DNA of 64,000 nucleotides, from NCBI GenBank assembly GCA_951406725.2, contig OX597831.1, positions 45,260,001 through 45,324,000 of the forward strand, given 5' to 3'. The first letter of the stretch is position 1. Each line of letters starts with the position of its first letter. The stretch comes from Octopus vulgaris. Lineage: Eukaryota. Both the position numbers and the translations under genes were made by a program. Under the pieces are notes generated by a model. It worked only from the letters and a program-made list of their open reading frames with translations, searched no databases and was not told the origin of the DNA. Positions 39,333 to 52,963 of this stretch are shown here, piece by piece.

Positions 39333-40212
39333 AAAGATACATAAAATATTGCAAGGTGTATCAGTCTATCATTTTACCTATTTATGCCAATCCACAGATA
39401 ATTGTTTCTAACATGGGCACAAGGCCTGAAATTTGGGGAATGGAGACTTAGTTGATACTATCAATACCAGTATTTCACTGTTGTTTTATTTTATCCCAAC
39501 AGGGTGAAAGGCAAAGTTGACCTCGGCAAGATTTCAATTCAGAAGAATGCAAAGAACAAAAACTCTCTATCCAATAATAATAATAATTATAATTCTTTCT
39601 AATTTTGGCACAAAGCCAGCAAATATTAGTGGGGGGGGGGGTAATCAATTACACTGATCCCCCAATACCTGACAGGTAGTTATTCTATCGATCCCAAAAG
39701 GAATTTAAATTCAGAATGTAAAGCCAGACAAAATGCTGCTAAACATTTAATTGGACACACTAACAATTCTGCCAGCTTGCCACCTTAATAACGGTTTTTA
39801 ACTTTGGCACAAAGCCACAAATTATAGTGGATGGTGTAATAGTTGATTTAATTAATCCTGGAGAAAAAAAAAAAAAAGCAATGCCTACTCCAGTACACCT
39901 AAGTATGTCCAGAAGCCTATCATCTGCCAAACACAACATCTAAATCTATAGGAGAGGACGTATAACCAATTGACAGACAGTATATTACTGGTACCTATTT
40001 CATTGATTCTCCCCCATAAGAGGATGAAAGACAAAATCAGCCACAGCAGGTTTTGAAATTAGATGATAAAAGGATGTGGCTTAACACCACAAGGCAACAT
40101 GTCTCCAGCTCTGCTATTTTTTATCATCTTATTGAGCCTTTTCATATTTAGCTGCATCGTGTTTTAAAATAAGATTTAGTGTCAAGCCACAGGTATCAGC
40201 CAGGAAGCAAAG

Positions 40213-40253
<41 letters not shown>

Positions 40254-41109
40254 GTTAGTAGAGTTGTAATGAAGCTAGCTAGCAGAGGGCTGTCAACAAT
40301 AGGGGCAGGTCATGGTGTTATACGATAAGCTTCACTGTAGTCAACCATCTTCATCCGACTCAATAGAAAGAAGTCAGTAATAATACACATAGAGGGGCTG
40401 CATTGCAGACAAACACCCATACTCACGCAAATGCGCACACACACACCCACACCCAGCATACACATACACATTCTCACACACACGACATCCGATAAATGTA
40501 TTTACATATATTCAAATCAAAGCATACATAAGCAGATGGATCTGAAAAGATAGTAACATCGGATCATATAGTGCCAGAATCAAAAAAGTCGGTAGTTCAA
40601 TTCTCACTTCAAATCTCTTGGGGTTTTTTCCCCTCCTTTTTGTTTTTCACTTATGCCCAAATGTTTATGTATAATTTCATTTGATCATGCACACACACAC
40701 ACAAACACACATACACTCTCATAGTAAATGAACTTTTAAATTGTAATGCAGCATTATGAGCAGTATGATACCAGTAGATACATCTGTGTGTGAGTGTATA
40801 TATATTTATATATACATACACATTTATACATATATATGTATATATATATATAATGACACACACCCATACCCAAACAGTCATGCACACACACCGCATGTGT
40901 GTGTCGTTATGTTAAAAGCTCATTGAGAAGAATCTAAATTTGAACTTGCACTTCAGGTTTCATCCAAAGTATGTAATTGAAATGAATTTTGATCATAGAA
41001 AGATGGCAGTCGGTAACAATAAAAGTTAGCAACCAATTAAATATACAAGATTTCCCACAATCCATTCAGATAGCAGTTCAATTCGGTCCAGTATGTTACA
41101 CCATTTGTT

Positions 41110-42322
41110 TAGGTTTTGTAACTAATATTTATTTAAACAAGAAGTGAGGATACTAATGCAACTCTTTTCTAGTTATTAGTTTTGAAGTAATTAACCACAG
41201 TTGTTAAAAAGGACATTAAAAAAAAAAAAAAGGAAAAAAAGAAAAAAAAAAAGGGAGAGAAAGTGAAGTTATATTTTGTTAGTTTTTCTAATTAGCTTTA
41301 AAATGTGTTAATTTATCACAGATACAAGTTTATTATTGCAAAATGTTTTTAACCTTATACTTTATATTGTCTCTTTTTCTTTTTAGATCTTTAAAAAATA
41401 TATATAATGGATATTCTTAAAACCTACACAAAGAAAAAAAAAAAAAAAGAATCCTGTAACTAACTGGACCGAGCTTGCCATGGATCTAAACATTTCATAG
41501 GAGAAAAAAAAATATTAAACCAAAGATGACAAAAAAAAAAGAACAAAATTTTTTTAATGTTTTGCAATACGTTAAGAAATTCAACTCTGTTGACTTTTGA
41601 GTCATTTTTGTCTTCTTTGCTCCAGTTCCACTTTCATGTTTAGCATTTTGGCCTATCATAATTGCAAATATTTCTCTAGAACAAGAGATTCAGATCTTAG
41701 AAAAGCTGACATATTGCTTTAGAAAAATAAAGAAGAATAACAGTCTAACTTCAGGAAATAAACAAACTCAAACCTTAATATCTTTTACTGTCAGATCTAA
41801 AGAATAGAAGGACTGAGGAGACAATTTGTGGCTGCACTGAAGACAATCTTCATACAACAATGAATCACAGACAGCATGGAAGTTAATGAAATTTTTTCAG
41901 TGATTTAACTCTAGCAGCCATTTCTACAGTTACATAACCTTCCTTATTTACATTTCACTTGTTAACTTAGCCGCTTGGATTATTGTTGCATTTCAGGACT
42001 TCAGGGTGTGTGTGTGTGTGTCTGTACATACATACAAAAGTATACATAAAACAAACTTGAATTAGCAATGTAGACAACCGCTGGTTCTACAACAGAGCAA
42101 GACAAGGTAAATTGTATTTGTATTGTATGCATTAAAAAATATCAGTTGGTAATTGGTAACAAGTGTCCTGCTCATTAATTAGTGCAGAGTTCATCAAATG
42201 GTAACCAACCACTATGTAATCAAACAGGTATTATATGAAACCGGCAGCCTTATTTTTTCCTGATTAGTAATTATAATCTTAACTTTTCAAAATGCAATTA
42301 ACATAATTATATATATATACAT

Positions 42323-42355
<33 letters not shown>

Positions 42356-42395
42356 CACACACATATATATATATATACATATATATATATATGAG

Positions 42396-42427
<32 letters not shown>

Positions 42428-42625
42428 TATATACATATATATATACATACATATATATATACATACATATATATATACATATATATATACATATATATAT
42501 ACACATATATATATATATAAAAGAAACAAATACAAAAAAAAGAAGAAAACCCTCTACTCTTCTCTATTTAGTTTCATTATTTTGAACTTAAGAAGAAAAT
42601 TGCAGTAATGTGTGGTGGTCCACAT

Positions 42626-42659
<34 letters not shown>

Positions 42660-44401
42660 ATATATATATATATAAAAGAAACAAATATAAAAAAAAAGAA
42701 GAAAACCCTCTACTCTTCTCTATTTAGTTTCATTATTTTGAACTTAAGAAGAAAATTGCAGTAATGTGTGGTGGTCCAGGACAGCAAGCGTTAATATCTT
42801 CATCTGTAACATTGAATAGACAGTGATGATACTTGATAATTCAATTGATTGAGGACTGGTTCATTTACAGCAGATAAAACAGTAGATTTATACAAAGTAA
42901 ACCCCCAAAGATTATCAACAGTTGCCAGTTGAAAATGAAACTCATTAGAAACAAAACGTAGAAATAGTTGCAGTTGTAACAGCAGTAGCAGCAGCAATAT
43001 TTTTTTTTTTAGCAGTAGTTGTTAGTGAAGAAATAGTGCTCTGATAGTGGAAGTTAACAGGACTGATACAAAATAGTGAATGAAGCATCGTAAATCAATT
43101 TTTTTCTTTTCTTTTTAAGTTGAAGCCTGATGCAGGTTTCTATTGATGATGAAATCTGAGAGAATGAAAATAATGAGACTTATTTATGTATGCTTGATTC
43201 AGAATGGGACATGCTCAAATGCATGCAAATCTTTTTCATTCTTCAATCTCACACTCAGTTTAGGTATCCACACATTCGCCATCTTTAAATGCAAATTGGA
43301 TGCTCGGAATAGAAATTATAGAACTACAAATATGTAAGAAGTTATATGATATGTTCACAACAGTCAATCTCCTTTTCTTCATCATTAAAATAAAATAAAA
43401 TAAAATAAAAAAAAGAGGGAGTCCGTCAACTGCTGTAATCTTTTAGGGGTGTTGTGTTATAACAATAAAACTGAATTTATTTTTAGATTTTTTTTTTTTA
43501 AGGTTTACATTTTTTCTATATTTTCAATATTTTTGGCTTTTAATTTCTTAATAACTGTACATAATAGAAAGGTTAAAAATTGAGGAAATAGAAGAAAAAT
43601 AAAAAAAAAAGAAACCATCTCCATTTGAAATATTCAAAATAATGAAGAAAAAAAAATTAGGCTGTATAGATGGGCAAGATCATTTTTGAGATATGTCACA
43701 CCACTAATATCTGCATGTCTTTGACTCTGAAGAATTAATTTAGGATCAAAACCATTGTGACAGATCAATAGTGACAATCAAGCTTTGTTCCACACCCCAA
43801 CCCCAAAGGTTTCTAATTTGGCGTTTTGAAACGAATGTAAGAAGAGAAATGTTGAGATGAAGAGTCTTTTGTTTTGTTTTGGTTTTTTTTTTTGTGTGTA
43901 TTTTTTTTTTGTTATTTACAACTGAAAGTTGAAAAGGAACCCTCTTATATTCAGTAAACCCCTGAGATTGTTTGGCTAGTTTCTGAGGTTTAAACACTTT
44001 CCATAGACAATGCCACTTGAAACGGGAAGAATCGAGATAAATGTATCAAATTAAATGCTAACAAATTCATTCCAAAACGGAAAAGAACTTCCAGAGGAGG
44101 GGGGGAAGGGGGCACTGTAGATAACAGTAAGTAAGTCAACACAAAATTATGGCTTTCCAAATTCAAACAAGTCTATATACATGTATACCATGTATATGCT
44201 ATCTTCTAAATGCTGTTTGATAAAAAGGAACAAAATAAAAATTAAAAAAAAAACAATCATCTTCAGAGTCTTTGTGTTAAAGGGGGGAAAAGATTAAAAA
44301 AAAAAAAAACAATAATGTAATTGTTGCCATCTATTTATAGAAATAGATTTCAAAACACTGAATGTAGTCCGGTAGTATTTAAAAAAAAAAATGTGGAAAT
44401 A
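41110..44401 (-). other. Probable long 3' UTR of the E-protein mRNA (may extend to about 38270)
   Basis: SINE-free, U-rich on the minus strand. Candidate poly(A) signals: AATAAA at 41128-41133 and 38356-38361, ATTAAA at 38292-38297. Confidence 0.55.
42500..42778. repeat. Tandem duplication (about 125 bp) adjoining a (TA)n tract
   Basis: aaaagaaacaaata..gtgtggtggtcca occurs twice (ending at 42622 and 42778). Confidence 0.9.
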
Positions 44402-44694
44402 CTAAGGTGCAGCCGATCCTTGGTAAGCAGAAGCAGCCTGAGAGATAATTGAGCTGAGTAAATGTGTGCTGACTGATGAGCCTTGGCCAGCTCGAATAAT
44501 GTTGCCGTTTGTTGGATCAGGGGAACCCAAGCTACTGGAACCCACAGAACCCATGCTATCAGTCATATCAGTGTCTTGAAATCCAAGAGGACTATTTTCC
44601 TGTCCAGCTGCATAACTGCCACCATAGCCTCCCGTGTTGCCAGATCGGCTACCACTTCGTTGTTGCTGACTTCTGCGAATCAACGCCGTGCTAC
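44402..44694 (-). CDS. E-protein terminal coding exon (G-STALIRRSQQQ...AYQGSAAP*), Ser/Gly-rich tail
   Basis: Acceptor tattttgcag|GT is phase 1 and matches the 48633 donor. Open frame of 96 further codons to TAG at 44402-44404, with GC content above the flanks. Confidence 0.85.
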
Positions 44695-44766
44695 CTGCAA
44701 AATACACAAAATAAACTTCACATGAAAACAATCCTGTGATAAAACAACATGCAATATCAATATGTA

Positions 44767-44985
44767 TGAGGCGGGGTGTTGAAAAGTTCCTGGTTTTGGG
44801 TAGAAGAATATACAGAAGGAATCAGTTAATTATAATTTCATTCAATATATCTCCTCTTAGATTCTTACACTTATTGCAATGGTTCTTCAGTTTTGCTAAG
44901 CCCTGGAAAAGAACTTGGAAATTTGGGCTTCCAATCAGATCTTTCACGATATCCCTAAAGCCAGGAACTTTACAGCACCTCTTTG
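44767..44985. mobile_element. Mariner-derived MITE in the last intron
   Basis: TA-flanked TIRs ggtgttgaaaagttcctgg / ccaggaactttacagcacc. Confidence 0.7.
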
Positions 44986-45021
44986 TATGTGTTCTCATGG
45001 TAATAATAAGTTATATTTCTA

Positions 45022-45235
45022 AGGCAGCAAGCTGGCAGAATTGTTAGCACACCAGGCAAAATGCTTAGTGACATTTCGTCTGTCTTTACAGTACGAGTTC
45101 AAATTCTGCTGAGGTCAACTTTGCTTTCCATCCTTTTGGGGTTGATAAATTAAGTACCAGTTGAGCACTGGGGTCGATGTAATCAACTTACTCTCACCCT
45201 TGAAATTGCTGGCCTTGTGCCAAAATTTGAAATCA
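45022..45235 (+). mobile_element. SINE family B
   Basis: Consensus match. Confidence 0.75.
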
Positions 45236-45449
45236 ATAATCAATAAAGGACAGAAAGCACCATATTTATTCTGCCAATTAACTGTGAAAAATCTTGGTCC
45301 AAAACTTTTTTCCCACTTTCACAGTTTTAGCTTTGCCCTGTGTATAAACAGCCTAGGTTTTTCGGTAAAACTCAAGCATAAAATTGTGCAACCTGTACTG
45401 TAATTATCTATCTCATAAGCTTAAAATGGTTTTTATGTAAGAGGGAACT

Positions 45450-47520
45450 GTTACACTGAGGATCTTTTGTTTCCTTTACTTTCACTGGTTGAGTCTGGAG
45501 GAAAAAGCAGACTTTCCAAGACTGGTGAGCCTGCTTCCATTAATGTTTCATAACAAGTCAACATCTGCAGTTGAAGACATAAGCAGGGAGAAGATTCTAG
45601 GGGATGGTGCTCTGGGAAAGCAAAACCAAGCATAATGGTTTGTGCTGGGAAGTGGAAGGATGAGTGAATTAGAAGGTGCCAGAGTGGTGGAAGTATGAGG
45701 CTAGCCAGCTCTGAAGAACAGAGACCATTATAGTTGAGATAGAAAAGACAAGAGAGAGGAAGTAGCATGACTGTGAACCAGAGAGGCTAGAACATGTCTG
45801 TTAGTAACTGAATTCCAAATAGTGGCTCTGTGGTTACGGGTGTTGGACTTGTGATCGTAAGATTGTGGTTTCAATTCCTGGACCGGGTGATGCGTTGTGT
45901 TCTTGAGCAAAACACTTCATTTCACGTTGCTCTAGTCCACCCAGCTGGCAAAAGAGAGTAATCCTGTGACAGACTGGTGTCCTATCCAGGTGGGGAATAT
46001 ATATGTCATGAAGCCAGGAAAGTGGCCCTTATGAGTAAGGATGACTCAAGAGGATAACTTCACCATACCTAAGTAGCATCCCTTCCCTGAAGGAAGTCCA
46101 GGCTGTCTGTGTGCATTGCTGAAGTACTGTCTCAGATGTGGGAGCAATACTGCATTGCATCCCCCCACCTCTAAGGGCTGAAATATTTTTCTGGCTCTGA
46201 AAAGAAGGGCCTGTTTTGTAGAATGCAGTCCTAGCAATGTTAAGGATGTGCTTTTACCAGGGAAGATCCTTGGTGATAGCACAGCCCAGCATTTGGAACA
46301 ACTGTGAGGCATCTAGCTGAGTGCTGCTTGTGTTTAATGGTGACATGGTGGTGTTTTCTTGACATGGGCAGAGGAGCTTTTTTGATGTTAAAAGAGTAAA
46401 ACCTGGCATGATCCCACTGAAGGTTGCTGCAAAGGACCCCATTAAAGGAATCATTGCCAGTTTGGTATGAAATGTCTAGGCTGCATGTGGACGACACATT
46501 GATGGGGGGAAAGTTAAGAAGGAATGAAGAATCTAGTCATCTGCATAAGGGTAGGTATCATTAGATGTTCCAGCAAGATCTTTGATGTGTAGAAGGAAGA
46601 TAGTTGGGAGCAAAACCAAGCTCTAGGGAATACAAGGATTGACTGAGAGTGGCCGAGAAAGCGCTCTCCACATATGCCACAAAGTACAAGCTGACAGGGA
46701 AGGTATTGATGCAAAAGATGAGAGATGGGCAAACATTGTTGGTAAGAAGCTTTTGTTGATGTCTGGGGCAACAACATTGCCCTCAGCAAAACTTCACTAA
46801 AGCAACAGCTCACTTATACGAGTGATATAAGAGAGTAGGCCTCTACCGGGGGAAGGAAGGGGAGGAAGGGAGGGAGAGAGCCAGAGAGAAAGAGAGAGAT
46901 GTCAGAAAATATGGTTACCTCCATTAACTTAAATTGTTAGTGGCTGGGTAAAAGGGGTTATTTTCACTCTGGAGGGTACACACTGACACGTGCTTCCAAA
47001 TGTCAGCATATATCCCTGTAGAGTGTGAGGGATTAAAAAAGTTTGTTAATAATAGTATGGGCTGGAAGGTGCTTTAGTGTGATGGAAGGGACATTGTTAA
47101 GGCCAGTGGTTTTGTTTGTTTTTAGTAACTGAAGGTATTTCTGCACCTGGCATGTGTGTATGCAGAGTGGAGCACCTAGGGGAGTGAAATGGAGTAGATT
47201 GGCCGGGAGGGGGGGGGTGTTAGTACGGAAGTGAACGAAAGTGGGCAATAAAGGTGGGAAATTTCTCCATGGTAGTACTGCTTACAGAGTCATCACTGTT
47301 TAGAAGAGGAGGAAAAGAGAACCACACAAATTGGTTGGAAATTTTTTGGCAAAGGATCAAAAGGATCTGCTGCAGTTTGGAAAGCAGAAAAGTATGAGTA
47401 CTATGAGGTGCACAAAGGCATCTTTCGTACAGGGACACAGTATATGATGTAAATATGGTGATTAAAAATGTGATCTCATTTAGAAGTTTAGAGACAAAAT
47501 AGACAATAAACAATCACAAG
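45450..47520 (-). mobile_element. Degenerate non-LTR retrotransposon (LINE) reverse-transcriptase remnant, interrupted by a SINE at 45820-46060
   Basis: Minus-strand YADD at 46536-46547, preceded by a decayed GVPQGS..LF.LYI.DL-like segment. LKTNKTTGLNNVPSITLK resembles the RT domain-0 KA.GPD motif. Confidence 0.7.
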
Positions 47521-48632
47521 GTTTTCCATGAAATTAAAAAAAAGTAAAGAAAGCAGTTATTATTCCAAATAATGTCATTATGGTTCAGGCACCAGCTGCC
47601 AAAGACAGCTTCCATATTCCCGTGAAGATGGGCTATTTTGAGAGTGTGATTTTATGCTAGCTATTGATGTAGGATATACAAGAGGTAGAAGCAAACCACT
47701 GTACAAGCAATAAGTACACAGCAGAAAAAAAAAGCAATGGAGCAACAGTAAAGAAATTATAACCAAACATAAATATTAGTGTACATTATAAAACATCATG
47801 TCATATAAATAAAAAGACCTGTTAATCATCTTTCTCAGAAGCTGTTATAAAGCACAGAATCATGCAAAGATAATTGTTTTAGTTAAAGTATTTTAGCACT
47901 GTGTTTTGATATTTGGTAAACTTCTCCTGGGAAGCATGTCATAGCAAGCAAGTAATTGTAAGTTTTAGTAAGAAAAATACTGAAACTAAAGTAAAATAAG
48001 TTTAGGTTGGACGAGAAAACAGAAAATGGAATATATCCCTCTGTTATAACACAAGACCAAATGGTGGTTGTCAACAGAGTTCCACCAACAGTTGCATTAA
48101 AATCAAAACAAGATGCTGCAGGGAGGTGACCCCTTTAACCATTCCACATACCAACTTAAACTTCCTTGCCTACTGAATTTTGCAAACACAGATTATCCTA
48201 ATTTTCTTGAACTCTATGTCAAGTAGTTATAGAAATAGAGTTGACAGTGTTGTAAAAAATGGTGCTCTAATTCTCAATGTTCTTTTTTCTTTAGTGACAG
48301 AGTGTGAGAGAAGAGAGAGAAAAATCCAGGAAGTTAAGAGATACAGAACTGAAGATGATAATACTCAAGTATTATCATACCATACCAGAACTGTGCTCTT
48401 ATCTCAAGAAGCTAGAATTCACTGATTTCTGTGTTCTCACTCTTTAGTCATAAGAGGTGTGTAACAAATAGATTAAATCTATTTCAAGTGTTAGCTATAT
48501 CCTAGTTCTACTCAAGTTGGGCATGTTATGTGCGCACGTGCATGCATGTGCAAATTTAAGATAATAATATAAAAAGAAGCTTGAAATAAACCAACCGTGC
48601 TAACAATATAGAAGCAAGTGGCCATACCTTAC

Positions 48633-48749
48633 CTGCCAGAGCAGCCTGCTGGGCTATCTCATCAGCACTCAAAGCCCGCCCAGGAAGCTCCTCAGTCTTC
48701 TCTTCTTCCCTGCGCTTCAAACATGCTGCTTTGGGATTAAGATTCCTTT
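48633..48749 (-). CDS. E-protein C-domain exon (E-RNLNPKAACLKRREEEKTEELPGRALSADEIAQQAALA-G)
   Basis: Acceptor polyT..gtgtttag|AA, donor GCAG|gtaagg, 117 nt, phase 1/1. ERNLNPKAACLKRREEEK is the conserved post-HLH motif of E-proteins. Confidence 0.95.
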
Positions 48750-49889
48750 CTAAACACAAGAAGAAAAAAAAAAAGGGGAAAATGATAAATAAGAAACAAA
48801 TACATCAATTTTTTTTTTTTTTTGAAACTAATGCAACAAATCAGATCAGTAACTAAAGACATTGTTTATTATAATGATGAAGAAAGAAAATCCTGTTATT
48901 CTCGGCAAAATTATTTGGATAAGAATTTATAAGAGTACAAAAGTGGCCTGGATCTACTTTTGGACAATTATCCCATCCCTTAGAAATGTTTCCTCTTTTG
49001 ACACTATTATGAATATAATTGAAGAGCTCCTCATGGCTTTCACACTCTATCCTTTGTGCTGCTGCAGCTGAGTGGCTCCTCTCTAGAACAAACCCAGCTC
49101 TTACTTTCTTTACAGACACCTTGAACACACTCAAGTGAATACCTAACCACTGATAAATAGCAAGATATACTGATAGTAGTTTTGAGCATGTTGGCCTGTT
49201 TTTTCTATCAAACAAAAGTATTCACAATGAACACATACTGTTAAATTTCATTTCTAGTCCACTTGCTCATTATCTTTAAGCATAAAACCAATCCCTTCAC
49301 ATCCTCTGTCATCTACTACTTCATATGAGCATTCTCTCTCACAAGGTTTTCCAAAGCTAACCACCAAGCTGGAGCAGTCCAGGTGGATTTAGTTTCATCT
49401 CTCTCTCTCTTGATATTTACTGGTTAATATGACAGGTCAACACTAAGAAAATAAATCTGAGCAAATGGAACAACTAAAAGAAGCTAAGATGTTATTTTTC
49501 CTTTGTGTTATCAACAACCCCAAGGTTTTACTATGGCACACGCAATCAAATGTTTTACATCATTAAATTACATTGATATAGTCTAAAAATAATTAACCAC
49601 CAATTACTTTTTTGTTATATTCTACAATCAGCAAGCAAAAGCAGATGTATGGGAGTGACAGACAGCAAAAATTGCTAATGCCTCATAATTCACACAAGCA
49701 GAAGTTGAACGAACTTTTAAATTCAGACAGCAGAAAAGGAGGATCATCATCATCGTCATCATTTTAATCCTCTTTCCCATGCTTGCATGGAGTTAATTGA
49801 GGCAGATTTTCTAAGGTCACAAGCCCTCATGTTTCCAAGAAAGTAATAAGGCAATATTTCTCTATGACCAGACAGGTTTCTGCAGAATA

Positions 49890-50273
49890 TCTTTATATAT
49901 AAAAGAAAGGTTGTGTGTCTGTCTACTCCGATTTAGATTCCTAACTACTCCCACATTTTGCGGTGCAGTTTAACCAAAACCGGGTATCTTATAGTCGTGA
50001 TTCATATCAAGCCCTTCTGGGTATTAGCGCATGTCTACGATGAGTCTACGATTTTAAAAATAATTTACCATAATTTTTTTCCATTTTAATGCATATTTTT
50101 TAAATATAAGGGAAGTAACTCACTAAAAATGTCTACGATGAGTCAACGATTTAAAAAAAAATTTACCATAATTTTTTTTTCCATTTTTAATGCATTTTTG
50201 GGGTATAACTCTCTAAAAATGCTTTATAGTTATTTCCCTTACAAACCCGAGCAACGCCGGGCGATACTGTTAG
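49890..50273 (+). mobile_element. Non-autonomous Helitron
   Basis: A|TCTTTATATATAAAA 5' end, subterminal hairpin CCCGAGCAACGCCGGG (50246-50261), 3' ..GTTAG|T (CTAG variant), no TSD, internal tandem duplication of about 100 bp. Confidence 0.8.
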
Positions 50274-50296
50274 TTGGAAATAAATGACAGTGACAT

Positions 50297-50619
50297 TCAT
50301 CATCATCATCGTTTAACGTCCGTTTTCCGTGCTAGCACAGGTTGGACGGTTCGACTGGGTCTGGGAAGCCAGGAGGCTGCACCAGGCTTCAGTCTAATCT
50401 GGCAGAATTTCTACAGCTGGATGCCCTTCCTAACACCAGCCACTACATGAGTGTAGTGGGTGCTTTTTACGTGCCTCCAGCACAGGTGCCAGCGGCCACG
50501 ATCGGTCGGTGTTTTTACGTGTCCCCCGGCACAGAAGCAAGTTAAGGTGGCGCTGGCATCAGCCACGTTCGGATAGTGCTTTTTATGTGCCACCAGCACA
50601 GGTTTGACAACTACAATTT

Positions 50620-50620
<1 letters not shown>
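50297..50620 (-). mobile_element. Repeat family C
   Basis: Consensus match. Confidence 0.8.
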
Positions 50621-50659
<39 letters not shown>

Positions 50660-51184
50660 GTATATGCATATGTGTAAAATCTTGATGAGGCATCAAAATT
50701 GTGATGATTTTGGATCATAACTGATGAGGGATGAGCATGCCCATGTCCACATTGTGCTTCTTCCCATTTTCTGTATGCTCTAGTTTGTCCTTCAGGGTTA
50801 GATTTTACTATATATATATATATATATATCAATGCCAAGGCAATGGGACAAATACAAGCATGCATACATGTGTACACACACACAGAGTGAGCTTCTTTCA
50901 GTTTTCATCCCCCAAATCCACGAGGTTTTGCCCCTTCCCCCGCACCCAACACTAAAGTAGATGTCATTTGCTCAAGATGGAATGCAGTGGAACTGAACCT
51001 GTAACCATGTGATTGAAAAGCAAACTTCTTAACCACACAACCTTGTCTGCACCTAACTAATAAATTGTGAAAATAATAAGGAGACTGATGAGTTTTACTT
51101 TAGGATCTAAAACCCCAGTAAATTAAATAGCAATTCAGGCCAGTTCCAGAAAATACTTCTACTACAACCAGACTCGCTGCTTAA

Positions 51185-52257
51185 CCCTTTCGTTACCAAA
51201 CCACCCAAAGCCGCCCGAAAAAAATTTTGGTTTATGAAACCAAACCGCCCAAATTTACCTATTCATATTTAAATGAGAATATCAGAGCAAATCTCTTCAG
51301 TACATTCGTGAAAACACGTATTATACTTCGTAAACAGTTCAACTACAGTTTTGTACAATAATCGAAGTGTAATTTTAATTCTGTGAATTTTGGGAGATTT
51401 TTTTCCAAAATTTGTTCCTATTGTGTTTTCAAAATTTGTAATTCTGACAAAAAATGGATACGAATTTCATTATATCAAGCAGCGAGTCAGAATTCGAAGG
51501 ATTTTCTACTGAAGACCTTCATAAATCTAACTCTATAACTGAAAAAAAAAAAGCACATGGTATTTGATAATGAATTTGATGTTTCATTTTCCGAAAGTGA
51601 AAACAGTGAATCTGAGATCTCCGATAGCGATAAAGAAAACGAATTGGCACCTGAATGGAGTGAAAATTTAAAAACTGTTTCTTTCGGTGATTTTTCTGCA
51701 GAAACTGGACCAAGCCACAGACTTTCCCAGAAGGGTAAAGCCTTAGGCTATTTCTATTAACTTTTTCGAATGAGCCTATTTGAAATCATTACAGCGAAAA
51801 CGAACCGTTACGCTAAACGTAAACAAAACGAAAGAAAGGATAGTTTGTTATTTCCCACAACCTTAAATGAAATTAAGGCCTATTTTGCCATAAATATTAT
51901 TATGGGTATCAGAAAGTTACCCAGAATAACAAATTCTATCGTAAAATTTTGTTGTATACCCAATTGAATATTAGCTAATATTTTCTATAGCGATGTTTGA
52001 ACAAAATTTTAATAATTTTATATTTTGTGGAATTTACCTGTATCTACCTGCAAATAGAGTCACTTTGTGACAAAAATTATAGTATAGAATTGGTTGAGAA
52101 TATTTCATTAAATTATCTTCCAAAAATCAGATTAATATATCGATAAATAAAAAAGTTATAGTTGTTTAATGAAACCAGACTAAATTTATGATTACGTTAG
52201 AAATTAATTGAAACACATAAGGGGTGTAATTTGGTCAGAAATATAGTAACGAAAGGG
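51185..52257 (+). mobile_element. Internally deleted piggyBac element
   Basis: TTAA|CCCTTTCGTTAC ... GTAACGAAAGGG|TTAA. Transposase N-terminal remnant with acidic tract and LFEIITAKTNRYA..TTLNEIKAYFAINIIMGIRKLP. Confidence 0.93.
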
Positions 52258-52963
52258 TTAACACAGTCTCTGGCAGTTTTATCTAAAAGAATATGTTACA
52301 CTAGAAAGGAAAAAAAAAAAAAAATTTTTTTTACCACTTTGGCAAGGGAAGTAAGTCCACATTATCATAAGTAACTCGTTACTTTAGAGGAACTGTTGCC
52401 ATACTTGAAATTAACATTGTTCAGGCATTCTCTGAGTGAGATTAACTTCAGCACAAAGACAATTCAAAAACCATTTGAAGCAATCAACAAATCCATTACA
52501 TCATATATCATGGTTCAGTTGGGGTTGGGATTACACTGCATACTCTGGCAGTGTTTTTGGTTGCTTAAGTTGCATTGCTTCTAATTTGTTGTTTAGAGAT
52601 TTGGTTCGGGACTACTCTGAAGACAGGTAAAGCTAACCATTTGGTGTAAACAGTTTTGGGAAAAGCGTTGTAATAATTTTTGTATAGATGTGAGCAATAA
52701 TGAATTTAGAGTAGTGCTGAAGTGATCTAAGGTGATGTTTATACATGCATCTTTTTAATTGCAATAAAAGCTTGTAAGGTAGATTTGGAATAAATGAAGA
52801 TCTGAAGAGACATGGACATGAACAAACAGATTAATGACAACTATAGTTATCAGAAAAGTTGGGAATTGGGGGTGAAATGTGCAGTGTAGCTGATAAAGCT
52901 AACAGAAATTGCCAGAATGTAGCTAAAAATTTGAAGAAGAATTATGTAGCCTATGTCACCACT

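Noticed and set aside
50676-50711. Hammerhead-like aaaatc-TTGATGA..gatttt, and CTGATGA at about 51085
   Set aside because: No GAAA and no adequate stem II/III; too degenerate to call.
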